From positions 124,001-188,000 of IMG/VR virus record IMGVR_UViG_3300010403_000705: a DNA stretch of 64,000 bases; one strand, given 5' to 3'. Every line of letters begins with the position of its first letter. Within the stretch, counting starts at the first letter, position 1. Under the pieces are notes generated by a model. That model ran no database searches. It saw only the letters and a program-made list of their open reading frames with translations, and was not told where the DNA came from. Of this stretch, positions 1 to 8,840 are shown piece after piece. The translations under genes and the position numbers were made by a program.

Positions 1-2
1 AA

Positions 3-329
3 ACATTTGCTGAATTTTTAGGAGAATTATTTAAAGATAAATTCATAGAAATTTATTTCGGAGAATCATATGAAGAAGTAAGCACAGAACAAGTCTCTAC
101 TTCTTATCCAGCCGTTTTTTGTGGAAAAGTAATAGCAGCTTATAAAACATGCTTGATTGTTAATGGGGCATATGTAAATAATAAAAAAATGCAGATTGGC
201 AACATAATTTTTATAAACGAAAGTGCTATTAAAGCTGTAACAGAGATTGACGGTAAAGGCATTTTAGAAGAGTTATTATTAAGAAGCAAAGAATCTTTAA
301 ATGTAAAAACAAATTTTATAAATAAATAA
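3..329 (+). CDS. hypothetical protein, 3' part (runs off window start)
   Basis: Manual translation: open frame from position 3 (TFAEFLGELFKDKFIEIYFG...) to TAA 327-329; not in the supplied track. Confidence 0.7.
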   Translation, partial: TFAEFLGELFKDKFIEIYFGESYEEVSTEQVSTSYPAVFCGKVIAAYKTCLIVNGAYVNNKKMQIGNIIFINESAIKAVTEIDGKGILEELLLRSKESLNVKTNFINK

Positions 330-333
330 TAAC

Positions 334-1074
334 ATGTATAACCTAGATCAAATTACGAAGATGGCGTATATGTATGAAAATGTATGCTTATCTTTTACTA
401 AAGAAAGTCGTATTGTAAAATTACCTAACGATAAGTACCGTGTACTTTCTGAAAAAGGTAAAAATCTAGGTACTTCTAATTCAAAAGCCGAGGCTAAAAC
501 AAGATTAAAACAAATAGAATATTTTAAGCATAAAGATGATAATAAGGCAGAAGATAGTCAACATTTAGACTTAACTAAAACAGATGAATTTTCTTACTCA
601 GCTATTATGCGATGTTTAAGACAACAAGCTTCAAAAGAACAAGTGGTGGATTTTTTGAAACTCTTTAAGAAAGAGTTTGATAGAGCTGTGAAAAATAAGT
701 TACAAAGACCAGAAAAAATAGCTCTACAAAATTCTTTAATAAAATTAAACAAGATTCATCCAATAAAAATAAATAGAAAATTAGTTAAAACAGCGGCTAT
801 TAGTGAATTAGGAGATCCTATATGGGTTGGAAAATATCTAGCGGATATTATTAGATTTAGTTTAAATAGAATATCTGCTGACAAACGTCCTCTGGCATTG
901 AATAGATTAAGAAATAAAATTTATAATATGAATGAAAATGAGATTGGATCCAAGAATATGCCAGCCACCTCTTCTATGGGGCAATCCATTACTTTCGTCA
1001 AACATGTGCTATTTAATCATGATCCACAATATGTACGAGCTGTGTTAAATAACATAACTAGGAATTTGGTATGA
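334..1074 (+). CDS. putative head-associated protein
   Basis: 246 aa; small basic module IVKLPNDKYRVLSEKGKNLG...RLKQIEYFKH; NKAED and VKTAA motifs like neighbouring head-region proteins. Confidence 0.55.
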   Translation: MYNLDQITKMAYMYENVCLSFTKESRIVKLPNDKYRVLSEKGKNLGTSNSKAEAKTRLKQIEYFKHKDDNKAEDSQHLDLTKTDEFSYSAIMRCLRQQASKEQVVDFLKLFKKEFDRAVKNKLQRPEKIALQNSLIKLNKIHPIKINRKLVKTAAISELGDPIWVGKYLADIIRFSLNRISADKRPLALNRLRNKIYNMNENEIGSKNMPATSSMGQSITFVKHVLFNHDPQYVRAVLNNITRNLV

Positions 1075-1802
1075 TTCAAAAGCTACAAAAAGTTACTAAC
1101 GGTTTATATCGAGGTGGCGCCCCAACTCCTAAAGATGTGCTATGGCTCAAAGAGAATTTACATATTAATAAAATAATAAGTTTAGATCAAATGGCAGGTA
1201 CTAAAATTAATCGTGTATGTGAGATGTTACATATACAACATATTAATTTACCTATTGATAGCTCTCGCCAATCATTATTAAATGTGCTACAACATGATTT
1301 AAAAAAATTATTATTAAACAATGGACCTACTTATATCCATTGTCAAGCAGGCAAAGATCGCACAGGTTTAATTATCGCTTTATTCAAATGTAAATATATG
1401 AATGTTGATCCAGAAGTATCTATCAAAGAAGCTAAATCTTTAGGTTTTGGAATTGGAATTGATCCTCGTATTACTCAATTATATGAAAAGATAATTAGAA
1501 AATGCAAACCATCTAGAGATATAAATAATTCAGATATAGTCTCTAATGAAAGAGAATATAAAAACGATAACCAGGATTCTTTCTTAGAAACAACGTATCA
1601 AGGATCTTTTTCAACATATTTAGATACCACTATACAAAATTCTATGGATGATGCATATAATTATATGAACGTACAAGTCTATGAGCCAATAAAAATGCAT
1701 CAATCTAAGAATAATATACCGCAAGTAGGAATATTTAATAACGATGCTGGAGTAAAAGGTTTTGGTCCTACTGAAAATTATGGTGGGTTTTTTTATGATT
1801 AA
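1071..1802 (+). CDS. protein tyrosine / dual-specificity phosphatase (CX5R family)
   Basis: Intact P-loop YIHCQAGKDRTG (HCxxGxxRT) and N-terminal LYRGGAP segment typical of DSP/PTP domains; low-complexity C-terminal tail. Confidence 0.88.
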   Translation: MIQKLQKVTNGLYRGGAPTPKDVLWLKENLHINKIISLDQMAGTKINRVCEMLHIQHINLPIDSSRQSLLNVLQHDLKKLLLNNGPTYIHCQAGKDRTGLIIALFKCKYMNVDPEVSIKEAKSLGFGIGIDPRITQLYEKIIRKCKPSRDINNSDIVSNEREYKNDNQDSFLETTYQGSFSTYLDTTIQNSMDDAYNYMNVQVYEPIKMHQSKNNIPQVGIFNNDAGVKGFGPTENYGGFFYD

Positions 1803-2445
1803 AAAATCTTATTCAGTTCAAATGACATATGATGTGTCAGATTCAGAGAAGCTACAAGCAGAGCGCGCCTTATTATGTTTTAATCATGTATTAAAATTAT
1901 TGGACATTGCTTCTAATCATTTAGATATTATGAAAACGCCATTCAAAAATAATCCAGAGATGTCTCCCGAAGAAGTAATGAAAGCTCGTGCGGCTATTAG
2001 AAGATTTAGGGATAAATCTATTGAAAATTTTAATGAATTTAAAATAGCTTCTTTTAAGTGTGTGAATGTAATGCAAATTTTTTCATCAGATACTCAAACA
2101 CTAAAATTAATGAAATCATTTATTTCTTCTATTGATGACTTAGAAGTAAAAGTCAATGATTTTGCAGACTTATTTAATGATTTGGAAGATAAAGATTTTC
2201 CAAAAAATGTTATTACTTGTATTGAAGGTATTCAAAAGCAATGTGAAGAGATTGACGAAATAGTAGATGAAAGAGTGAAATCACATATTCAATCTAATAT
2301 CTTAGCTAAAAATTGGGTAGATACAGTTAGTGATGATTTGCAGATGAGAGTGCAAAAAAAAACTCCGTTAATACTAGATCTTTTTAATAAAAGACAAGAT
2401 CAACTAAATAACATAATAAAAGAGAAATCACAATTAGGTAATTAA
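1795..2445 (+). CDS. hypothetical helical protein
   Basis: Track ORF 1762..2445; ATG 1795 overlapping the upstream stop (ATGATTAA) preferred. Confidence 0.7.
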   Translation: MIKKSYSVQMTYDVSDSEKLQAERALLCFNHVLKLLDIASNHLDIMKTPFKNNPEMSPEEVMKARAAIRRFRDKSIENFNEFKIASFKCVNVMQIFSSDTQTLKLMKSFISSIDDLEVKVNDFADLFNDLEDKDFPKNVITCIEGIQKQCEEIDEIVDERVKSHIQSNILAKNWVDTVSDDLQMRVQKKTPLILDLFNKRQDQLNNIIKEKSQLGN

Positions 2446-2558
2446 ATTGGTAATAATATCATATACGGATAGGACCATACTATATTTTAGTAAATTGTAG
2501 TAATAATTCCCTATAATAATTGATACTTATTGTGATTCTCTCAAATGGAGAGTATATA

Positions 2559-2720
2559 ATGTTTATAAAACATGGTGATGGAAAAATAATGACTGTTATT
2601 GACGAAGAAGAATTAACTGATAAACAAAAAAAAGCAGTTGATGATTTATCTAAAAAATTAGTAAAACAATCTTATAATGATCGGGCTGATTCTTCAACAG
2701 AGAAGAATTCAGGGAGATAA
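2559..2720 (+). CDS. small hypothetical protein (53 aa)
   Basis: GGAG SD at 2547-2550 then ATG 2559 (MFIKHGDGKIM...), in frame with the track ORF. Confidence 0.65.
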   Translation: MFIKHGDGKIMTVIDEEELTDKQKKAVDDLSKKLVKQSYNDRADSSTEKNSGR

Positions 2721-2726
2721 TATAAT

Positions 2727-5700
2727 ATGACATTTATTAAATTAGGTGAATTTATTGAAATTAACAGAGTAGAAAATACTGAATCTTGTATTCCTGCCGT
2801 TAGTGCTGAAGTATTAGAAAATTTTAAAAAAATTGCAATGAACTTAAAAAAAGTTGCTCCAAGAGCAGAAGATTTTTTATATTTTTCTGCAGTTATGATG
2901 CACGCCGCTGAAGCTTCTGGACTTAATGATGATGGCACGCCTAAATTAAATTCTAAAGGTGAAGAAGTTCAAGTTGGCTGGGATAAAAAAAATGGTACTT
3001 GGCGATGGACAACTAACGATCCTAATATTAGACCATATAAAAATTCTAATGGTGATATTTTTCCAGAGGAAGAATTAGTTAAAGCATATAAAAAATGGAT
3101 ACATAAGCCTTTATGTGTTGATCACAAATCTAGTTCAGTTGATCATACAAGAGGATTTATTGTTGATACATACTATGATAGGAATTTAAAAAGAGTTATT
3201 GCGTTATGCGCTTTAGATAAAGCTAATTATCCAGATTTAGCAAGAAAAATTTCAACAGGAATGCAAACTTGCGTATCTATGGGAACTGCTGTAGGACGAG
3301 CTATTTGTACAGAAGAAGGTTGTCATCGTGTAGCTCGTGCTGAATCAGATTTTTGTGAGCACATGAAGCGTAAGACATGCTATGGTGAAATTAACATTGA
3401 TTTAAATCCTATTGAATTATCAATTGTTGTTAATGGCGCTGATCCAAAAGCAAATATTAAGCACATTATCGCTTCTGCTCATACACTTAATAGTTATATT
3501 GAAACTAAACAAAAAGAACTTAATAAATTAGCAGAACAAGAATTTATAGCTAATTTAACATTCAATAATGATAGTGATAGTAATAATACAATAACTAATA
3601 TTAGTGTTAGGTCTGGTTCTTTGGATAGTTTTAAAAAAGATTTAGAAAAAGCTATTGATGATTATCAATCATTAAATTCTTCAATACAAGAAGAAAATAT
3701 TAATTTAGATACTAATGATCTTGCATTTAATCAATCATCTGGCACTGTTGCGATGGACGAATCTCAAATTTCTAACACTGATTCTGGATTAGCACCACCT
3801 CATGCAAGATATGCATCACAAAAGATATTAGATGCAAATTCTATTAAAGAATTACGTGAAATAACAGCCACCATTGAATATAAATTAAATTATATGAAAG
3901 ATAGTTTAAATAAGTTAGCAAATTCTATAAATATACACGAGGAAATCATGCCTTCAAAAGAAATAAATAAAAAGGGTTATTACCTAGGAACGGAAGAGCC
4001 CACCCCTGGTCAGCCTAAATATCCAGTAGATAAAGGTCACATGACTTATGAAGAGGATAAGCATTTACATGGTCAAAAACCATTTCCTGACACGGGTCCA
4101 ATAGATGGAATGCATCCTGGTGTAGAAAGCGCAGGCGTTTCTGAATTAGAACGTAAAAAAATGTTAGCTCGTGCTGAGGCAGAAGAAAGAGCAATCCGCC
4201 GCCAAGCAATAGTTAATCTTGCTAAACAAGCTTTAGAAGATAAAAAAGCACAAGCTTTAGAAGATAAAAAAGCTTATTACGGTAATGGAGATGAAAAAAA
4301 TCCTGGCTTCCCAACTCCCGGCAAACCTAAATATCCAGTAGATAAAGGTCACATGACTTATGAAGAGGATAAGCATTTACATGGTCAAAAACCATTTCCA
4401 GGTGTTGGCGCAGTAGATGGATTACATCCAAGTCCAGAATCAGCTGAAGTATCTGATGAGTTAAAACGTAAAGAATTACTGCATAGAGCAAATACACTAC
4501 ATGGTAGATTTGTAAGAGCAGCTAAGAATGATGGTACTAGAGACTTAGATAATAGTGCTTGGGAAATCCGCTTAGGTGATAAGTTATTGTTAACTGCATC
4601 TGTAAAAGATCTTTCTGGTGGACGATCAGAAATGATGTATGATAGTATCAATACTGCTGAATTTGGGCAAAGACTACTAGAAAAAGTAAAAGTATATGGA
4701 GCTGACAGAGTGCGTTCCTTGGTAAAAAGTGGTCAAGAAACACCGGCGCCTGCTGCACCTCCGGCTGATGCTGCTCCAGCCGTTCCGCCAGAAACAACAC
4801 CTCCAACTGAAACTCCTACCCCTAATGGAGAAGATACTGGTAAAAGTGGAGATCCAAAAGAATCAGCCATAGAATTATCTGAGAAAGTTAGAGATGTAAG
4901 TTCAGATTTAGTTGAAGCTGTAAGAGCTTTAACTGGTGAACAAGCCGAAATGGGTGCTGATATGGGTGCAGCACCTGAGATGGCAGCCACAGCTTCTGAT
5001 TTCAATACCGAACACATGAATGCTTTAAGAGGTGAACTTAATGAATCTCTTACAAGTGCTATGAAAGAAGTTATTGCAGAACTTAATGACCACCAACAAG
5101 AATTAGACATGATAGTTGGTATGTATGATAAGGGCGCAGTAGTTGCTTCAAATGAAGATTTTATTAATACTATTGTAAATGACGCTTTTAATGAAGCTAA
5201 AACTGCAGTTGCCAATGGTTTCAGATTAATGACTGCCTTTGTTAAATACGCTCGTGGCACCAAAGCCATTGTCAAACGTGCAGAAATAGAAGCAGAGCTA
5301 CAGGCATTAGCAGAGGGAGGAGATACTTCGATGAATTCAGAGATTGGTAGTGATGAAGATTTAATGAATCTTATACAAGATACAAATTCAGATTTAAATT
5401 CTGTCCAAGAATTAATGTTTGAGGACACAGATGATGATACAGGTACTGATTTAGAAGGTGGAGATGATTCATTAGAGTCTTTAGAAGAACAGTCGCTTGA
5501 GTTACCTGAAGAAGAACTTACAAATAGTGAAGATCCTCTTGATTTAGAATCTTTACCTACTGATGATAATGATTTAATGGCAAAACCAGAAGAATTAAAA
5601 GATCTACAAGTTAAACCAGGTACTACTGTTCAAATAACAGCAAACTTGCAAACAAAACAAGGACGCGCTGTCCTTCGTGCCAAATTAGCGGCAGATGCTT

Positions 5701-6407
5701 TAGGTAAACCAGATGACGGTCAACTTCAAGACATGTCGAAAGCTAAGTTTAGTGATATGCTAGATGAAGCAGATAGTTTAACCAATGGACAAATTAAAGG
5801 ATTAGACACTAAGCCTTCAGATAATATGGCTTATGTAGAAACTTTACCAGAAGTTAATAAAGCCATGATGGATCTAGCCAAGGCTCCACCAAAAGTACGT
5901 AAAGAGGCGGAAGCAATTCACAGATTAGTCAGCGAAGGCAAACTTGATCCATCAGATTTAGAAGCTTTAGTGGCAGAAGGTCTGGATAAAGATGCTGTGT
6001 CATACTATAAAAAATATTATGGACAAACTGATGGAGGTAGTGAATTTGCAAGTGAGTTAGTTAAAGAGCATGTAAAAGCTCAATTAGAGGATGAGTTAAA
6101 TAAATATAGAATTAAATTAGCTAGGGCTTATGAAGTAGCATATGATATGGTTGAACGCGGATTATGTCATAATGATAAAATAGCTATCTCTTCACAAGTA
6201 GATGAGATTATGAAATTTAACGATGATAGTTTTGATACTCTTAAAAGAGTTGTCGCAAGACATGCTCCTATATTACGTAAAGAAGCTGGACGTATGCCAC
6301 AAGTTGGAATAATTGGATCTGGTGAAAGTAACACATCAGTAACCCCAGAAGACGATTGGTCGCTATTATCAGCAGCATTTGCTAAGACTTCTACAAGGAT
6401 GTTTTAA
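2727..6407 (+). CDS. prohead (capsid maturation) serine protease fused to scaffolding protein
   Basis: N-terminal ~250 aa has clan-SH / HK97-type protease motifs PLCVDH, CVSMG and ELSIVVNGADPKA plus a C-x4-C...CEH insert; remainder acidic, helical, repeat-containing; upstream of capsid gene. Confidence 0.8.
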   Translation: MTFIKLGEFIEINRVENTESCIPAVSAEVLENFKKIAMNLKKVAPRAEDFLYFSAVMMHAAEASGLNDDGTPKLNSKGEEVQVGWDKKNGTWRWTTNDPNIRPYKNSNGDIFPEEELVKAYKKWIHKPLCVDHKSSSVDHTRGFIVDTYYDRNLKRVIALCALDKANYPDLARKISTGMQTCVSMGTAVGRAICTEEGCHRVARAESDFCEHMKRKTCYGEINIDLNPIELSIVVNGADPKANIKHIIASAHTLNSYIETKQKELNKLAEQEFIANLTFNNDSDSNNTITNISVRSGSLDSFKKDLEKAIDDYQSLNSSIQEENINLDTNDLAFNQSSGTVAMDESQISNTDSGLAPPHARYASQKILDANSIKELREITATIEYKLNYMKDSLNKLANSINIHEEIMPSKEINKKGYYLGTEEPTPGQPKYPVDKGHMTYEEDKHLHGQKPFPDTGPIDGMHPGVESAGVSELERKKMLARAEAEERAIRRQAIVNLAKQALEDKKAQALEDKKAYYGNGDEKNPGFPTPGKPKYPVDKGHMTYEEDKHLHGQKPFPGVGAVDGLHPSPESAEVSDELKRKELLHRANTLHGRFVRAAKNDGTRDLDNSAWEIRLGDKLLLTASVKDLSGGRSEMMYDSINTAEFGQRLLEKVKVYGADRVRSLVKSGQETPAPAAPPADAAPAVPPETTPPTETPTPNGEDTGKSGDPKESAIELSEKVRDVSSDLVEAVRALTGEQAEMGADMGAAPEMAATASDFNTEHMNALRGELNESLTSAMKEVIAELNDHQQELDMIVGMYDKGAVVASNEDFINTIVNDAFNEAKTAVANGFRLMTAFVKYARGTKAIVKRAEIEAELQALAEGGDTSMNSEIGSDEDLMNLIQDTNSDLNSVQELMFEDTDDDTGTDLEGGDDSLESLEEQSLELPEEELTNSEDPLDLESLPTDDNDLMAKPEELKDLQVKPGTTVQITANLQTKQGRAVLRAKLAADALGKPDDGQLQDMSKAKFSDMLDEADSLTNGQIKGLDTKPSDNMAYVETLPEVNKAMMDLAKAPPKVRKEAEAIHRLVSEGKLDPSDLEALVAEGLDKDAVSYYKKYYGQTDGGSEFASELVKEHVKAQLEDELNKYRIKLARAYEVAYDMVERGLCHNDKIAISSQVDEIMKFNDDSFDTLKRVVARHAPILRKEAGRMPQVGIIGSGESNTSVTPEDDWSLLSAAFAKTSTRMF
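3948..6407 (+). CDS. putative nested in-frame scaffolding protein (819 aa) from internal Met408
   Basis: GAGGA 3939-3943 then AATC then in-frame ATG 3948; repeat region starts just after this Met. Confidence 0.5.
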   Translation: MPSKEINKKGYYLGTEEPTPGQPKYPVDKGHMTYEEDKHLHGQKPFPDTGPIDGMHPGVESAGVSELERKKMLARAEAEERAIRRQAIVNLAKQALEDKKAQALEDKKAYYGNGDEKNPGFPTPGKPKYPVDKGHMTYEEDKHLHGQKPFPGVGAVDGLHPSPESAEVSDELKRKELLHRANTLHGRFVRAAKNDGTRDLDNSAWEIRLGDKLLLTASVKDLSGGRSEMMYDSINTAEFGQRLLEKVKVYGADRVRSLVKSGQETPAPAAPPADAAPAVPPETTPPTETPTPNGEDTGKSGDPKESAIELSEKVRDVSSDLVEAVRALTGEQAEMGADMGAAPEMAATASDFNTEHMNALRGELNESLTSAMKEVIAELNDHQQELDMIVGMYDKGAVVASNEDFINTIVNDAFNEAKTAVANGFRLMTAFVKYARGTKAIVKRAEIEAELQALAEGGDTSMNSEIGSDEDLMNLIQDTNSDLNSVQELMFEDTDDDTGTDLEGGDDSLESLEEQSLELPEEELTNSEDPLDLESLPTDDNDLMAKPEELKDLQVKPGTTVQITANLQTKQGRAVLRAKLAADALGKPDDGQLQDMSKAKFSDMLDEADSLTNGQIKGLDTKPSDNMAYVETLPEVNKAMMDLAKAPPKVRKEAEAIHRLVSEGKLDPSDLEALVAEGLDKDAVSYYKKYYGQTDGGSEFASELVKEHVKAQLEDELNKYRIKLARAYEVAYDMVERGLCHNDKIAISSQVDEIMKFNDDSFDTLKRVVARHAPILRKEAGRMPQVGIIGSGESNTSVTPEDDWSLLSAAFAKTSTRMF
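4014..4399 (+). repeat. 74-bp perfect direct repeat (4014-4087 and 4326-4399)
   Basis: Both copies read cctaaatatccagtagataaaggtcacatgacttatgaagaggataagcatttacatggtcaaaaaccatttcc (PKYPVDKGHMTYEEDKHLHGQKPFP). Confidence 0.97.
4226..4273 (+). repeat. 24-bp perfect tandem duplication
   Basis: acaagctttagaagataaaaaagc x2, encoding QALEDKKA twice. Confidence 0.95.
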
Positions 6408-6424
6408 GTTATAAAGGAAACAAA

Positions 6425-7129
6425 ATGAGAAATAAAAGTGTATCAGATTTTGTCGCTGCCTCTATGGATGCAGTATTAAAGAGTGCGACACACCAATCTA
6501 TGTTTAACAACACATATAAATTTGCATCACAGCAATGTGAAAAATGTCATAAAACTATGGAAGAATGTTCATGTGATAGTAATAGCGCAGATGATAATGA
6601 TGTGAAAAAGAATTCAGATTCATCTAGTGATAGTAGCTCTAGTGATTCTAGCAGTGCTTTTGATGGCATACTAGATACAAATGACGTATCAGATAAAGAA
6701 GAAGATTGCACTGAAGAAATGGAATCATCTGCTCTTGATGTAGCAATAGATAGTTTACTTACAGCGTCCGCTGCTCTCGATCGTGCAGGATTAGAAAGAG
6801 GATCTTCTCTCAGTTTGAAACTAGCATCATTGGTAGTAGAAGCTAAGAAAAAAGAAGATAGCAAAAAGAAAGATTCTAAAAAAAGTAACAGTGATTCTAA
6901 AAAGAAAAGCGATTCTAATGATGCTAGAGCCAAGAAAAAGAAAGAAGAAGATATGAAGAAAAAGAAGGAAGAAGCGGCAAAAGCTAAGAAATTAAAAGAT
7001 TCTAATGACGCTAGAGCCAAGAAAAAGAAAGAAGAAGATTCTAAAAAATCTTCCTCAAGATCATCTTCATCGTCCTCTAGTTCCAGCTCTAGTAAAAGAC
7101 CTAATCCATTTCTAAAAAAAAGTAAATAG
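6425..7129 (+). CDS. low-complexity acidic/basic head-region protein
   Basis: 234 aa; Ser/Asp-rich middle, helical AALDRAGL motif, Lys/Ser-rich tail; AAGGA SD. Confidence 0.7.
   Translation: MRNKSVSDFVAASMDAVLKSATHQSMFNNTYKFASQQCEKCHKTMEECSCDSNSADDNDVKKNSDSSSDSSSSDSSSAFDGILDTNDVSDKEEDCTEEMESSALDVAIDSLLTASAALDRAGLERGSSLSLKLASLVVEAKKKEDSKKKDSKKSNSDSKKKSDSNDARAKKKKEEDMKKKKEEAAKAKKLKDSNDARAKKKKEEDSKKSSSRSSSSSSSSSSSKRPNPFLKKSK
6911..7039 (+). repeat. 42-bp direct repeat (6911-6952, 6998-7039), one mismatch
   Basis: gattctaatga(t/c)gctagagccaagaaaaagaaagaagaagat = DSNDARAKKKKEED twice. Confidence 0.9.
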
Positions 7130-7173
7130 TACTAGTTAAAAATATTGTTAAGTTTTTATAATGGATAAATTAT

Positions 7174-7395
7174 ATGTTTAAAATTAGCAGCTCCGAAGAA
7201 GAACTTTATCGTTCTATGCAAAATAAAATGTGTTCTAACCAATTAGAAAATAAATACAGTTTTGATAAAATTTCTAGAGCTGCTGATTATCTAAATTCTG
7301 CTGCTTCAATTTTTGATCAAGCTGGAATGAAAAAAGAAGCAGCAGAAATAACTGAAGTATTATCAGATTTAGCTAAACAAATATCTTCTAAGTAA
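7174..7395 (+). CDS. small helical protein, paralog of the N-terminus of 7403..8059
   Basis: 73 aa; RAADYLNSAASIFDQAGMKKEA vs KAADYINSAIEIFEDMGMYKHA. Confidence 0.8.
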   Translation: MFKISSSEEELYRSMQNKMCSNQLENKYSFDKISRAADYLNSAASIFDQAGMKKEAAEITEVLSDLAKQISSK

Positions 7396-7402
7396 GGCAA
7401 TA

Positions 7403-8059
7403 ATGATTAAAAAAAGTGTATTTGAAAATGAGTTAATTACTGGTATGCACAATCAGTTACTGAAGCAAGCCAAGCATCAAGATGATGAGCATCTTGAAAA
7501 GGCGGCAGATTATATTAATTCAGCAATTGAAATTTTTGAAGATATGGGTATGTATAAGCATGCTGATAAATTATTATATATATTAACCAAAATTGCCACT
7601 CATGATACTAAGGTTAAAAAATTGCCCTCCGAAGAAGCCTTAAAAGAAGAGGGAGCATCATATAATGATTTTGGTGCCATGAAATATAGTACATATGCTA
7701 AGGCTAAAGTTAATAATGCGCTTAGAAGATTAGGGTATACTGATAGAGAAATTAAAGAGCTAATTGGTGACCATAATTTTATTTCTTTCGAGGAACAAGA
7801 AAAATTACTAGACATGCCGCCATCATTTAAAGTCAGATTGCAGAATATCAGAGAAAATGTAAGAGCTTCTCATTTATCAGATCGTCATACAAAAGGATTA
7901 ACATCTGAAAAAATGATATCAAATTTAAAAGACCATGGTACAGTCTTCAATTTATCTGATGATGGTAAAATAGGAGATTTAGATATTGGTGAAGATACAT
8001 TAGAAGTATCTGATAATACTATTACTGAAATTCAAGATTTTGAAGATGAAATAGATTAA
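7403..8059 (+). CDS. putative internal head protein
   Basis: 218 aa; N-terminal ~65 aa paralogous to 7174..7395; acidic C-terminus. Confidence 0.65.
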   Translation: MIKKSVFENELITGMHNQLLKQAKHQDDEHLEKAADYINSAIEIFEDMGMYKHADKLLYILTKIATHDTKVKKLPSEEALKEEGASYNDFGAMKYSTYAKAKVNNALRRLGYTDREIKELIGDHNFISFEEQEKLLDMPPSFKVRLQNIRENVRASHLSDRHTKGLTSEKMISNLKDHGTVFNLSDDGKIGDLDIGEDTLEVSDNTITEIQDFEDEID

Positions 8060-8113
8060 TATAATTGTTATATAAGTATGAGAGTTTATAATATTGATTA
8101 ACAAGGATGTCTC

Positions 8114-8803
8114 ATGCTTAGATTAGTACAAGTTGGAAACACATTACCTGGTAGTTTTATCGTCGATCCTTCGGCAGAATTTCAACCTGGACAAATTGCT
8201 GAATTAACTGTTTTAGGAAACCAAGTAATGGTAACAGTGAGTAATGGAACTGCACCACTTGGCATCATTGATGATATTAAAACTAGAGCATTTACTAATG
8301 TATCTTGGAACGAGGAAGTACGAGTTCCTGCAGTTGGTGTACCTGGACCTAACAATGTTTTAGTAACTCCTATTGATATTAAAGCTGAATTAAGAAGACC
8401 TAATATAATACGTTCTAGTTTTTCTTCTACTATTAAAGCAGAATTAAATCCCGTTAATGGTGTTATTACTTTTTTAGCAGGTACACCTCTTAACATCGAT
8501 TTAATAGGTGCGGGTCAACCTAATGGCATTAAAGCTATTGTTAATTACACATATCAAGTAGCAAATATCCCAGGTGATGATAGTACACAAGGATCTGGTA
8601 GAGTTACTGTATGGTTTAATAGAATGTTTTTTCAAACCGATCAATATGAGACTAATCAACAATATCCTGTCAAAGCTAATTTATATGTTAGTGAAGTTGG
8701 ATTTTTAACTACTAGAAGACCTAGTACTATACATCCCGCAGTTGCTATGGTAACTGCACCACCTACTCCAATTAATCCCATGATAGAATGTCTTTGGTAC
8801 TAG
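8114..8803 (+). CDS. capsid decoration/cement-like protein, paralog 1
   Basis: 229 aa, beta-rich; MLRLVQVG and GSGRVTVW match MALKLLQPG and GSGKVTLW of the gene directly upstream of the capsid gene. Confidence 0.55.
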   Translation: MLRLVQVGNTLPGSFIVDPSAEFQPGQIAELTVLGNQVMVTVSNGTAPLGIIDDIKTRAFTNVSWNEEVRVPAVGVPGPNNVLVTPIDIKAELRRPNIIRSSFSSTIKAELNPVNGVITFLAGTPLNIDLIGAGQPNGIKAIVNYTYQVANIPGDDSTQGSGRVTVWFNRMFFQTDQYETNQQYPVKANLYVSEVGFLTTRRPSTIHPAVAMVTAPPTPINPMIECLWY

Positions 8804-8840
8804 AGGTAAAAGTTGATATATATAGTAGTGTGGAGAAATT

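Noticed and set aside
2538-2552. SD-occluding hairpin ctctc-aaatg-gagag before ATG 2559
   Set aside because: Only 5 bp; too weak to call without conservation data
4014-4399. 74-bp repeat as a DGR template/variable pair or CRISPR repeat
   Set aside because: Copies are identical (no adenine-specific mismatches), in frame within one protein, only two copies, and no reverse transcriptase or cas gene is present
4733-5428. Long antisense ORFs in the track (for example 4733..5428, 6547..7020, 22443..22769, 36782..37261, 60445..60885)
   Set aside because: They lie wholly opposite well-supported genes and have Ser/Leu/Phe-rich shadow composition with no motifs
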